Part shown: piece after piece, positions 55,049 to 64,000 of the stretch | Layout of the letters: every line of letters begins with the position of its first letter | How positions within the stretch are numbered: position 1 is the first letter of the stretch | Source of the DNA: a virus | Taxonomy: Duplodnaviria; Heunggongvirae; Uroviricota; Caudoviricetes | Virus record (IMG/VR): IMGVR_UViG_3300029156_000001 | Span: 1-64,000 of that record | DNA length: 64,000 bases | Reading direction: 5' to 3' (one strand) | Translations under genes and position numbers: made by a program | The notes under the pieces: model-generated | Told to the model about the DNA's origin: nothing | The model's input: the letters and a program-made list of their open reading frames with translations, nothing else | Databases searched by the model: none

Positions 55049-55568
55049 CTTGAAGTTCTATCTCATCTGCCGTGGTGGTGTGCCACGGCAGATAATCTAC
55101 TTGAACGCCTGCCTGTTCCAGAAGTTCTAGACCTAGTGCCCGAGAGGGACCACTGTGCCCTGGATATGGATATAGTTCTGCATACACGACACGAACGATT
55201 TTTGCCTGAATGATGAGTTTGGCACATTCAAGACAGGGTGTGAGTGTCGTATAGATGGTTCCACTAATAGAACTCGTTGTCGAACGAGCGACCTTCATAA
55301 TGGCATTGGCCTCGGCATGCAGACATTCTGGCTTCGTAACAAGTCTTGTACATGTTCGCGTGACGCCAAGCTCTACAAACTCCTCGTACTCTTCCATCGT
55401 CTCAGGACTATTATCAAATCCCTCGGGCATACCGTTTACGCCCTCGAACCGACCCCCTTCGGGAACGACAAGTAGGGCACCCACCTTTTTACGTGTTGCG
55501 TGCGATAGCTCAGCAAACGCAAAAGCACTTTTCATGTAGGCGTTATCTAGATCTGATTGTTTTGCCAT
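55005..55568 (-). CDS. deoxycytidylate (dCMP) deaminase
   Basis: HAEANAI...PCLECAKLI zinc-binding deaminase motifs. Confidence 0.8.
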   Translation of the reverse strand: MAKQSDLDNAYMKSAFAFAELSHATRKKVGALLVVPEGGRFEGVNGMPEGFDNSPETMEEYEEFVELGVTRTCTRLVTKPECLHAEANAIMKVARSTTSSISGTIYTTLTPCLECAKLIIQAKIVRVVYAELYPYPGHSGPSRALGLELLEQAGVQVDYLPWHTTTADEIELQDEGRLDNDPRHHTT

Positions 55569-55762
55569 GTGATTTCTTAAAAGGGTCTAGCATATTTGCG
55601 GCCTTAGTTGGGCCGAACAAGGAACTCATTTCTTTCTTGATGCCATCAAGAAAGGCTCTTGCAATAGCATCGAAGAAAACCTCTTCATCGATTTCAGGAC
55701 AATGATGGGCGGCCTTCGAAGCAAAGCTTCGAAATGCTCCAAGTTCCTGTTGCATGATCCGC

Positions 55763-56284
55763 CTAGCTCGGAGTCGGGCTACCGTCGTCGGGTCCGGGGT
55801 TTGCCCTGTATTCGAATTGTTTGATTTGTTCAATGTACTTTTCTTTGAGTTTGTCGTAAATTTCCTCGACGGCCATTTCGGGATTGTCTTGTGTGACACT
55901 TCTCACTAAGCGTGCCATCAAGGAAAACTGCTTGTTGATACTGATGAAATCTGCGGCCAATCGTTTTGTTAGCTGTCCGATAGCAAGCTGGAGACCAAGA
56001 TGTTGTGACTTGTCTAAGCTAGATTTCACAATGTCAAACTGCCTACGCTTTAGGGCCGTCTCAGTGGGCTCATCAGTCCAAAAGATTTCGCCTTCTTCTT
56101 CAAGCGATTGATAGATCTTGTGTGCGTGTGGCCTATCATCGGCCTCAACCATTACACCACTATATTGCATCTGAGCGGGGCGAAAGTGTCTGCGAACAAA
56201 CTCCTCCATATTAGTTTCATCCACATATAGATTGAACTTGGTATTGGAGGGGTCTCTCATCACGTACACATAAAACTTTGTCAT
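55763..56284 (-). CDS. hypothetical protein
   Basis: 173 aa ORF. Confidence 0.35.
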   Translation of the reverse strand: MTKFYVYVMRDPSNTKFNLYVDETNMEEFVRRHFRPAQMQYSGVMVEADDRPHAHKIYQSLEEEGEIFWTDEPTETALKRRQFDIVKSSLDKSQHLGLQLAIGQLTKRLAADFISINKQFSLMARLVRSVTQDNPEMAVEEIYDKLKEKYIEQIKQFEYRANPGPDDGSPTPS

Positions 56285-56724
56285 TTTTGTACCAGTACAA
56301 ATCGATCGCCTTCTAAGATCGAATCAACTACGGGGCGTATCTGACGTTCCCAATTGAGACCACCAAGACCGCAGCCTAGTTGCGGCAGGAAGATGGAACG
56401 ATGGTCACCAACATCTCCTAAGATTCTAGCGAGATCCACAAGTTCATGACAGCCTTGTTCAACCCATCGCATCTGAGACGGTCTACGCCAATTGTGTTTT
56501 GTTGGCAAACAGATGATCGGGTTGTCCACATATAGGCGACTATCAAATTGACGAATGTGGTTACCGAGACGCTTTGGCAATTCTGGAAAACGCTCGGCAG
56601 CATCTTTCGCTAGACCGGCCCCCATGACCGCCGTTTCATCATGACGAACGCATGTGTTCGTGGGAATGACTACCCAGCCATCTTCGGCGGCCTCTTGCCA
56701 AATGTCACCTTGTATATATCGCAT
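56281..56724 (-). CDS. macro-domain protein (ADP-ribose binding/hydrolase)
   Basis: IQGDIWQ...VVIPTNT...GAGLAKD pattern of macro domains. Confidence 0.6.
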   Translation of the reverse strand: MRYIQGDIWQEAAEDGWVVIPTNTCVRHDETAVMGAGLAKDAAERFPELPKRLGNHIRQFDSRLYVDNPIICLPTKHNWRRPSQMRWVEQGCHELVDLARILGDVGDHRSIFLPQLGCGLGGLNWERQIRPVVDSILEGDRFVLVQK

Positions 56725-56766
56725 CGTACGTATTATACACTGATCTGGCAGAAAGTCAAGAAGATT

Positions 56767-57408
56767 TTAGCGGACATTGCTCAGGCCAAGGGTCTTCAAG
56801 TCCTTTTTGCCTAGCTGACGTTGACGAACCTTGGTCTCGCCATCCACGGTACGATACTCGTGACGGCCCGTCAAGAAGCTCCAATACTTCTCACGTTCCT
56901 CAGTTTTCTTGTACCACACCTCGAACCAGCAATCATTGATGCGTTCAAACCTACGACCGTCGCACTCACACTTATCCTTATCGACCTTCGGACGATAGCG
57001 ATAACGGTCGTAAGCGTGCTCACGAAGAAGACCATGTTCGTCTTCGTAGAACGGACCAGGAAGACGCCAACGACTATTCAGAGACGCGATGTACTCCGAG
57101 TATCTCTGAACTTCCATCCAGAAGTGGTCGCGGGCGTGCCAGCCACGCAGGGAGCGAGCGTCGGCATGCTCGCAGAATTCGCTGTAAATCTTGTCCAGCG
57201 GTCGGCCCACTTGCTTGCGGAGCCACTTGGTTAGCGGCTGGATACGGTCACCAAAGCTCAGGCCCCAACCATCCCACCGTCTCTTCATGCCTTCCTTCTC
57301 AGGAAGGTCCTCCAGGCGACTGTCAGTCGCCTGGGTTTTCTTCTTCCGACTGTATCCCCGGCCCCGTCGGCCGGTGTCGATGATCACATCCTTCATGTCC
57401 GAACGCAT
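56767..57408 (-). CDS. hypothetical protein
   Basis: 213 aa ORF. Confidence 0.35.
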   Translation of the reverse strand: MRSDMKDVIIDTGRRGRGYSRKKKTQATDSRLEDLPEKEGMKRRWDGWGLSFGDRIQPLTKWLRKQVGRPLDKIYSEFCEHADARSLRGWHARDHFWMEVQRYSEYIASLNSRWRLPGPFYEDEHGLLREHAYDRYRYRPKVDKDKCECDGRRFERINDCWFEVWYKKTEEREKYWSFLTGRHEYRTVDGETKVRQRQLGKKDLKTLGLSNVR

Positions 57409-57821
57409 GATACGATTCCTTTTTTACTGCCTCAAGAATTACAGATAATTCGGCAGCCCTCGTATCTAGGTGCAAGTGCTCGGCTTCGTGCTGTCGTTTC
57501 CGATAGGACGCAAGGCGATGACTTAGCCAGCTAACTAGAGCTTCTTTATCCAACAGTGGACGCAGATTGGAGCTTAAACTCGACCGTCAAACCGTCTGTA
57601 GTTTCTAAACATTTGACTCTTACTAAGACTTCGGCACTTTCGTCGCCCGTAATCTTAGGTCGTAGCCAAGCATTCATTAGAGGTTTAACAAGGTCAATGT
57701 GCCGACGCTGTTGGTCGTTGGCAAACTCAATTCCATTTGCGACAGAACGGCGAATTTTGCCATTCTGGATAAGTACGGTGCTACTGTATTTGGTTTTCAG
57801 CATACAAGCATGATACAGCAG

Positions 57822-58538
57822 TTAGTCAATGTTGTCAAGTTCACATGCCTGAATCTTAGACGTTAAGTGACTCTTTGTCCAATAGGTAAGCAGATGATGT
57901 TTCGCAATCATGACCTCTATGGGGGACAACGTTTTTTGAGGGTTCTTACTGATAGATTTGGGATACATGACAAATTTCTGAGCGTTAATCCCTACATCCA
58001 ATACAAGATATCCAGTAAGTCCCTGTTCATCGAAACCAACGACATGAGGCACACCTAACATATGTCCTAATTCGTGCAGGCTGACAGCATAAGCTTTAGC
58101 GGGGTTAGTTTCTAACCTATCAGCATCAAGAACAATCCGTTCATATTTTGGATACCAAACACCAATGAGATCGGGCCTAGATGATCCATAAGTGAAGGAC
58201 TGTAGGTCTGCCAAATGGATCTCAATAACGTGTTTTCGATACGAGAGTGTCCTAAAGATAGCGTTAGTGTCTTTGTATAGGGTCCACCGTATAGGCAAGT
58301 GCCTAGCCCACTCTTCTAAAGCTTTTTCTAGATTGGCCCAGGTTACAGGATATGTAGCGATCTGATCCTCAAAAACCGCGATCTCCATGTTGATATAAAA
58401 CATATCGCTCACTGGAGATACAATTTGGGGCTCAACCAAATACTCACGAGTTACGTTTGTCATCGCGGACGGGGCAAAGCAGCTACCCACGATTGTCAAT
58501 AGTATGCCTAGGGCGGCCTGTCGTACTTTCATGAGCAT
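57822..58538 (-). CDS. secreted metzincin-type zinc metalloprotease
   Basis: signal peptide; HELGHMLGVPH (HExxHxxGxxH). Confidence 0.6.
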   Translation of the reverse strand: MLMKVRQAALGILLTIVGSCFAPSAMTNVTREYLVEPQIVSPVSDMFYINMEIAVFEDQIATYPVTWANLEKALEEWARHLPIRWTLYKDTNAIFRTLSYRKHVIEIHLADLQSFTYGSSRPDLIGVWYPKYERIVLDADRLETNPAKAYAVSLHELGHMLGVPHVVGFDEQGLTGYLVLDVGINAQKFVMYPKSISKNPQKTLSPIEVMIAKHHLLTYWTKSHLTSKIQACELDNID

Positions 58539-59032
58539 ATCTCCGTTAGCCTATAGCAATCGCCGCTCTCCAGAGCGGCTATCTCATCACTACCGTTAAA
58601 GAATACTCTAACGACAAAACCAGAAAAAGCTTGAAAAAACAAGTTTGTGTGTACTATGTGTTTATGGCCGCCTTCTTAACGGCCATATCTCTTCGAAGCA
58701 CAGGCTTCGCTTCGCATGACCCTGCCACAGCCTACTGGGGCTATGGTATCAAGAAATGGACACTTTGTCAAGCACTTTCGCATGGAAACATCGATTCACG
58801 CAGAGCAGGATTTTGAGAGTTTTCCGGACAAGCTTCCGGAGGATGTCATCATGGTTCATTTCAAGATGGTGGGAGTTGGACCGAATACTTTAAAGAGAGC
58901 CGAGCACCTTGGGCCTAAGATTTGTCAGATTGTTCGCGAACAGCCCGGGTTTTTTGTTATGAGCCGAGGAGGCTCCGGTTTACGAGAGGCCATGCATGAC
59001 CTCGTGGACCGTTTTTGTGATGCACAAGAAGG

Positions 59033-59434
59033 ATGCGAATGAAACAGTGTGCTAAATGTGATGACACGAAGCCCCTCAACGAGTTTTATGTAAACGTTAA
59101 GATGTGTAGCGGCAGGCATAGTTATTGCAAGTCATGCTGTAGAAAAGACAAACAACGTAAAAGAGACGTTACAAAAGATGCAGTTTTTAACTCTTATGGC
59201 GGCTATGTTTGTGCGTGCTGTGGTGAAACAGAACCTAACTTTTTAACAATAGATCATATGAATAATGATGGAGCGGCTCATCGCAAGAGTATCAATGGTG
59301 GCGGCACTCGGTTGTACGATTGGTTGAAGGCCCGCGATTTCCCTGATGGTTACCAAGTGTTATGTCTAAATTGTAACATGGGTAAATATCGAAATGGTGG
59401 CGTTTGTCCACATCAAAGTGCCGCAACCGTGTAA
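59033..59434 (+). CDS. HNH endonuclease
   Basis: CAKCD...CKSCC...CACCG...IDHMNNDG...CLNCN. Confidence 0.7.
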   Translation: MRMKQCAKCDDTKPLNEFYVNVKMCSGRHSYCKSCCRKDKQRKRDVTKDAVFNSYGGYVCACCGETEPNFLTIDHMNNDGAAHRKSINGGGTRLYDWLKARDFPDGYQVLCLNCNMGKYRNGGVCPHQSAATV

Positions 59435-59443
59435 GGAGACAGA

Positions 59444-59794
59444 ATGAATCAGAAAAATAAGAGATCGAGAGATCGTAAACGTGTACAGAACCTTGATGGT
59501 TCTGTTATGAATACTGGCGGCCACGTAGTTTCACATAGCCGTGACGCCGCACCTGTTGTCCGTACGCCTCAGAAGGCGACTGGCGATGTGCCCGCTGAAA
59601 ACACTAAAGGGATCGCTAAGGCTTCTCCGTTTTTCAAGAAGGTAGCAGAGGTTGTAAAGCCTAAGTCCAAGGAAGAAGAAAAGAAGGCTATCGCTAAGGC
59701 AACTGAAAAGGTGATCGAAAAGAAGACCCCTGAGAAAAAGTCCGTTATCTCTCAAGACAGAACGCAAGACGTAGACGGAGACGAATCTAACTAA
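59444..59794 (+). CDS. Lys-rich basic protein (possible histone-like or nucleic-acid binding)
   Basis: KKAIAKATEKVIEKKTPEKK low-complexity basic tail. Confidence 0.35.
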   Translation: MNQKNKRSRDRKRVQNLDGSVMNTGGHVVSHSRDAAPVVRTPQKATGDVPAENTKGIAKASPFFKKVAEVVKPKSKEEEKKAIAKATEKVIEKKTPEKKSVISQDRTQDVDGDESN

Positions 59795-60387
59795 TGACAA
59801 TTAGTGGTGTAGCGGCCTCTGGCACCCCCTCCTATGCCGACGTACAGGATGTCATTGAGGCGATTGTCTATAAAGAAGGACGTAGACAGCCGATCCCTGG
59901 GATGGATTTTGAAGATACCGCCCAGGAAGTTCGGTTGGAATGTATCCGTGTGTTACAGTTCTATGACGCTTCACGTATTGGGCCATCGCCATACAAGTAT
60001 CTACAAACATGCGTACGAAACTTTCTGTTCAACAAGCGTCGTGGCATCTGGGTTCCAAACAACCCGCCATGTGTGCGATGTCCCCTGTGGGACAAGGTTC
60101 GAAAGACTTGTACCATTGATGAAGTAGGGTGCGACAAGATTGATCAGTATAGACAAAACATGGCAACAAAGGCGGACCTACGACGGCCCCGCTCTTTGCA
60201 ATTTGATGTCTCTGATAATCAACACGAGGAAGATGTGGATGCTATGGTGTTAGATCAAAGTATTCGCGATGCTCTGCCGTCGCACCTAATTGATGCCTAC
60301 AATAAGATGTTGGCGGGTGAAAAGATCCCTCAGCGTTTCAAGAAGCAGATTCGCGATATTGCCACAGGAGTCATTAACAATGCCTAA
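59794..60387 (+). CDS. possible sigma-factor-like protein (sigma70 region-2-like segment plus Cys4 cluster)
   Basis: EDTAQEVRLECIRVLQFYD...CVRNFLFNKRR resembles ECF region 2; weak. Confidence 0.3.
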   Translation: MTISGVAASGTPSYADVQDVIEAIVYKEGRRQPIPGMDFEDTAQEVRLECIRVLQFYDASRIGPSPYKYLQTCVRNFLFNKRRGIWVPNNPPCVRCPLWDKVRKTCTIDEVGCDKIDQYRQNMATKADLRRPRSLQFDVSDNQHEEDVDAMVLDQSIRDALPSHLIDAYNKMLAGEKIPQRFKKQIRDIATGVINNA

Positions 60388-61150
60388 GATCTTCCCTGAA
60401 GAAGAGAAGTCACGGGTGCGGTCTTTGGCCGACGAAGGGCACAGTCATGCCGAGATTGCTCGGAAGATGAAAGAGGAGTTCCCTGCCAACTGGAGTGCCA
60501 AGAACGCCAATCGCACGGTGGCCAGCGTACTCAAGAAGGCCGACGAGACTCTCAGTCGTACAGAGGACAAAACGCTTGACGAGATGACACGGGAGGAGCG
60601 ATTCCTCTTCATCGAACATAGACTACAGAACAGTCCTCGTTTCAGAATGACTTTCAAGAGCTTTGGCGGCGACGAGAAGGAACTCTTCATTTCAGAATAC
60701 CTCTCTGTGATCAAATCAACAGATACTCTAACGGAGGTTGAGGAACAGGCCGTGTTCGCGGCCATCCTAGAGTTAATTTTGGCTTTTCAAGCACTCAACA
60801 GAAAAGAACAAGAGGAAAAGTGGCGGGACGAATCATTGAATGGTGATATTCCTGAAGGCGATCCTAAGTATCGTCGTCATGTAGACAATAAATATCAACA
60901 GGAATATGATCAGCACATGAAGCTCTATCAAAAAGGCATGAGTGAGCTGAAGATGTCTCGTGCTCAACGACTCAAAGAGGTACGCTCTCAGAAGCAAACT
61001 CTTGTTGACTTGGCTGAAGCTTTGTCGCAAAAGAATGCTCAGGCCGAGGTGGCCGACGAGATTGAGCGTCTCTCGAAAGTTAAAGACGAAGAACTACAGA
61101 AACTATTGGAGGGTGGACATGTCCACGGGGTCTTTGAACAATACAACTAA
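60380..61150 (+). CDS. HTH plus coiled-coil protein (function unknown)
   Basis: N-terminal HSHAEIARKM helix-turn-helix; long coiled-coil C-terminus; start set at MPKIFPEE. Confidence 0.35.
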   Translation: MPKIFPEEEKSRVRSLADEGHSHAEIARKMKEEFPANWSAKNANRTVASVLKKADETLSRTEDKTLDEMTREERFLFIEHRLQNSPRFRMTFKSFGGDEKELFISEYLSVIKSTDTLTEVEEQAVFAAILELILAFQALNRKEQEEKWRDESLNGDIPEGDPKYRRHVDNKYQQEYDQHMKLYQKGMSELKMSRAQRLKEVRSQKQTLVDLAEALSQKNAQAEVADEIERLSKVKDEELQKLLEGGHVHGVFEQYN

Positions 61151-62087
61151 ACAACTCAAAATCGCAATGCTCTATGCTTCCTGGGAAAAGTTCGGGGAGA
61201 AGTGGTGTACGCCAGAATCGGTTCGTTCAGAACTGGCACATCGAGGCCATGACATTCGTACATACAATCTATACCACGACGAAGGACGCCTATTTCCTGA
61301 TAACGTTAGGCACTATTCCAATCAAGGCATGAACCAACTCATGCAAGATTTCCGTACTAATCAATTCACACCAGACCTCATCTTCGTGATGGATTATGGA
61401 CCGTGGGACGCTATCCAATTTGATAAGCGATACTTCCCCGGTGTTGTGTTGATTAAAGAAGCTGGAGATGAGCCTCAAAGTCATAGGCAACATTTTTCAG
61501 CGGCCCCGAGAGTGCATATGATGCTTTCGCCTGATAGAGAGTGTGTGAACCGCTACCATACATGCGGCTACGATGCACGCTATTGGACGCACTTTGCCGA
61601 CACTCGGATTTTCTATCCTCGTCCCGACGTTAAGGTCGATTTTGATTGTGTGACCACATGTGGTCCGCGTGGCGGCGGTTTGACGGAGGAGATTCAAAGT
61701 GCTCTTGGGGGCTCTTTCAATAACGAGAGATACTTCTATGATGTTGAGCATGCCAAAAGGCTATGCATGGGAAAGATGGTTTTCCAGTGTTCACAATACA
61801 AAGAAGTGACTCGTAGGATTTTTGAAGGTATGGCTTGTGGCAAGCTTGTCATCACTGACCGCTTGCCACAGGAAACCGGTCTGTCAGAGATGTTTGTCGA
61901 GGGCGAGGATATCATCTACTATGATGATGCTCAAGATGCCATCGAGAAGATTCGTTACTACGCCTCGCATGACGCGGAGCGAGAAGCTATTGCTCGGCGT
62001 GGCTATGAAAAAGTATTAGCTGAACATACTCAAGTTCAGCGTTGCGATGTCATTGAACAATGTGTTGAAGAAGTGGTGCTAGTGTGA
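61119..62087 (+). CDS. CgeB-like glycosyltransferase (GT1-fold C-terminal domain)
   Basis: GMACGKLVITD...EGEDIIYYDD...ARRGYEKVLAEHT typical of DUF3880/CgeB-type GT. Confidence 0.5.
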   Translation: MSTGSLNNTTKQLKIAMLYASWEKFGEKWCTPESVRSELAHRGHDIRTYNLYHDEGRLFPDNVRHYSNQGMNQLMQDFRTNQFTPDLIFVMDYGPWDAIQFDKRYFPGVVLIKEAGDEPQSHRQHFSAAPRVHMMLSPDRECVNRYHTCGYDARYWTHFADTRIFYPRPDVKVDFDCVTTCGPRGGGLTEEIQSALGGSFNNERYFYDVEHAKRLCMGKMVFQCSQYKEVTRRIFEGMACGKLVITDRLPQETGLSEMFVEGEDIIYYDDAQDAIEKIRYYASHDAEREAIARRGYEKVLAEHTQVQRCDVIEQCVEEVVLV

Positions 62088-62374
62088 AATATACCCCCAG
62101 ACTTGATTTTGTTCTAGTACGCATGGATGAGCCCAATGCAGAATCTAAGGGTGGCATTCTGCTGCCCGAGTCTGCTAGAGAGGACCGTGTGCCGGGTGAA
62201 GTCTTGGCTATTGGCCCTGGACGACCCACTGAGCATGGTGCAGTCATCAAGGTAGACGACATTGAGATTAGTGATCGTGTCATCTTCAATAAGTTTACCG
62301 CGTATGAACTAGACGAAGATGAGCGACTTTATATTGTGCGTGGACATGACATTACGTGCAAGGTGAGTGAATGA
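62084..62374 (+). CDS. groES: co-chaperonin GroES
   Basis: ILLPESA...GEVLAIGPG...VxxGDRVIFNK; 96 aa. Confidence 0.75.
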   Translation: MKYTPRLDFVLVRMDEPNAESKGGILLPESAREDRVPGEVLAIGPGRPTEHGAVIKVDDIEISDRVIFNKFTAYELDEDERLYIVRGHDITCKVSE

Positions 62375-63180
62375 CGAGCAGCGATAGACACCTTTCTTCT
62401 AACGTACAGCGTTGGCACTATGGCGTACAACGCTATAAAGAGAACAGAGACGTGTTCTGTGAACGCGGACTATTCTCTATTGTAGTGCTTGCTCATGGTA
62501 GACCAGAGGTTACACGAAGCACGGTACTTGGTACTCTGCAAAATGTAGCTATGTTTGCTGGCGAGGTTGAGTGGATCTTCATTGAGAATGGTGGCTGTGA
62601 TGCCAACTATGAGTTCTTTCAGGGTTTAAATCTTGATAGAAAAGTTGTGGTTCGACAAAGTAACTACGGCATCAATGAGGCACTCAACCAAGGCTGGGCT
62701 CTGTCGCGTGGCGAATATGTTATGATCCTTGAAAACGATTGGGAGACCCAGGTGTCAGAGAACTTCTTGAGCGTAGCTCAAGATATTTTCTGTGATCAGC
62801 CGCTCGTGGGTATGATTCAACTGCGGGATCCCCGTGACCCAAATGAAAATCATGGCTTAGGCAAGCCGCTGTATAATCCTTGGACGTGTGATCCCTCCCT
62901 TATTCATGACTTTGGTGTCACAATGAGTCGTCAACGGACTTCGAGTAACCATACCTATTTAGTGGCCAATCATCCTCACGGCTTCAATAATAACCCGATC
63001 ATTGTTCGTAAAGAGGTCTACCGTGAGTGTGGAGCATATCCTGAAGCTGAAGTTGGATGTGATCCTAGACATGGTGAGACAGAGTATTCTGAACGAGTTT
63101 CTAAAACTGGCTGGCTAACAGCCTATATTGGTTTGCCCCTGTATCATCACATGGGGCGAGTACAAACGGTGGCAACATGA
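62371..63180 (+). CDS. glycosyltransferase family 2
   Basis: FSIVVLAHGRPE...NGGCD...ILENDW motifs. Confidence 0.5.
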   Translation: MTSSDRHLSSNVQRWHYGVQRYKENRDVFCERGLFSIVVLAHGRPEVTRSTVLGTLQNVAMFAGEVEWIFIENGGCDANYEFFQGLNLDRKVVVRQSNYGINEALNQGWALSRGEYVMILENDWETQVSENFLSVAQDIFCDQPLVGMIQLRDPRDPNENHGLGKPLYNPWTCDPSLIHDFGVTMSRQRTSSNHTYLVANHPHGFNNNPIIVRKEVYRECGAYPEAEVGCDPRHGETEYSERVSKTGWLTAYIGLPLYHHMGRVQTVAT

Positions 63181-63467
63181 TTGAATTTAACGACGGCGTG
63201 TTCCGTGGAACGCCCTATCAGTTTGAAAACAGCAGTGGCGACAACAACAGTTACGTCTATACCGAACCGTGGCCGTGGGTCTGTCCAAAGCCACGCGTTG
63301 AACCCTTCACGATCACCACAAGCACAATTTGTGCTTGTGGGGGTAAGTCTGCACGCGAGAAGGTGCAAGAGGAAATTCTAAATAAGATGGCTGAGGCCGT
63401 CGAGAACGACGACCTCAAGAAAGCTCGTGAGCTGGCGAAGCTCGCGAAAGCATTGAAGGAGATGTAA
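63177..63467 (+). CDS. hypothetical protein
   Basis: 96 aa; coupled (ATGA). Confidence 0.3.
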   Translation: MIEFNDGVFRGTPYQFENSSGDNNSYVYTEPWPWVCPKPRVEPFTITTSTICACGGKSAREKVQEEILNKMAEAVENDDLKKARELAKLAKALKEM

Positions 63468-63715
63468 TGGTAAATCAAGGTGACAGAGTAAATTTGGGTG
63501 ACCGCGAAGCGGTCGTAACGAGTACGTGGGGCCAAGGTAAGCATCGTGCGTATGCTCTTGATGATGGTACTACTGTGCTTGATTTGACGGAAGATCAGGT
63601 TGTTAGTCGTGGTAATACCACGACTACAAGTACGCCACCTACTGTTTCTAGGTGGCCCATGACAACCAGAGAAGATTTTGATGAAGAAGAAGACGAAACC
63701 GATCTTAGTGATTGA
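63467..63715 (+). CDS. hypothetical protein
   Basis: 82 aa; coupled. Confidence 0.3.
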   Translation: MVNQGDRVNLGDREAVVTSTWGQGKHRAYALDDGTTVLDLTEDQVVSRGNTTTTSTPPTVSRWPMTTREDFDEEEDETDLSD

Positions 63716-64000
63716 TACCAGGGAGAAGACCCCCTGGGACTTTAGTTACGACGATGCGTTTGAGCGTGTTGTTTATCGTAAACTTGATTCTGGTGACTAC
63801 AGTATTGAGGGTATGGAGAACATCATTGTTGTTGAACGTAAAGCGTCTGTGGATGAACTCTATAACAACTTCTTGAAAGAGAAGAAGCGTCGTATCTATG
63901 CGGAGTTTGAAAGACTGGAGAACCACCCTTTCAAGTTCTTGGTTGTCGAAGCTACATGTGAAGACATCATGAATCCACATCAGTATTACGTTAATAAGAA
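63705..64000 (+). CDS. partial CDS (5' part), non-ATG start, continues beyond window
   Basis: open plus-strand frame ...DTREKTPWDFSYDDAFERVVYRKLDSGDYSIEGMENIIVVERK... runs to the window end; the listed minus-strand ORF here is probably its antisense shadow. Confidence 0.3.

Noticed and set aside
1-64000. CRISPR arrays or integrase/transposase-type mobile elements
   Set aside because: No regularly spaced direct repeats of CRISPR type and no recombinase or transposase motifs seen. The only repeats are tRNA paralogs, promoter modules and the 58-bp GC element.

Overview
This window reads as a dense, mosaic segment of a large tailed-phage genome (rIIA, T7-type DNA ligase, SSB, dCMP deaminase, GroES, eight HNH homing endonucleases, and arrays of near-consensus sigma70 promoters driving 60-130 aa ORFs). 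Roughly 0.2-33 kb and 43.9-58.5 kb are transcribed on the minus strand, and 33.1-43.8 kb and 58.6-64 kb on the plus strand. The outstanding content is a tRNA-centred island. At least 22 tRNA or tRNA-like genes, nearly all on the minus strand, are interleaved with an unusually complete RNA/tRNA repair and maintenance toolkit: a CCA-adding enzyme, a P-loop polynucleotide kinase-like protein, an Rnl2-type RNA ligase fused to an N-terminal CsaA/Trbp111 tRNA-binding domain, a HAD phosphatase, a SpoU/TrmH methyltransferase, a PTH2 peptidyl-tRNA hydrolase, a Thg1-like 3'-5' polymerase and two metallophosphoesterases. Hand folding indicates non-canonical members of the tRNA set. These are an amber-suppressor tRNA (anticodon CUA), four short-variable-arm tRNAs carrying Leu-type anticodons, a Tyr-shaped long-variable-arm tRNA with anticodon GUU, and degenerate tRNA-like hairpins. 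One tRNA-like cluster sits at the start of a ~1.3 kb ORF-free region that is transcribed from a strong minus-strand promoter next to an HNH endonuclease gene. This region is a candidate structured RNA or intron locus. The early-gene block carries a reiterated promoter module (TTGCATTTCT...TGTGGTATAMT), a thrice-repeated ~58-bp GC-rich palindromic element, and a GC-rich island with a DUF932-like gene. tRNA folds, anticodons and my hand-derived coordinates are approximate (about +/-2 nt) and need tRNAscan-SE/ARAGORN confirmation; function calls rest on motif recognition, not database searches.
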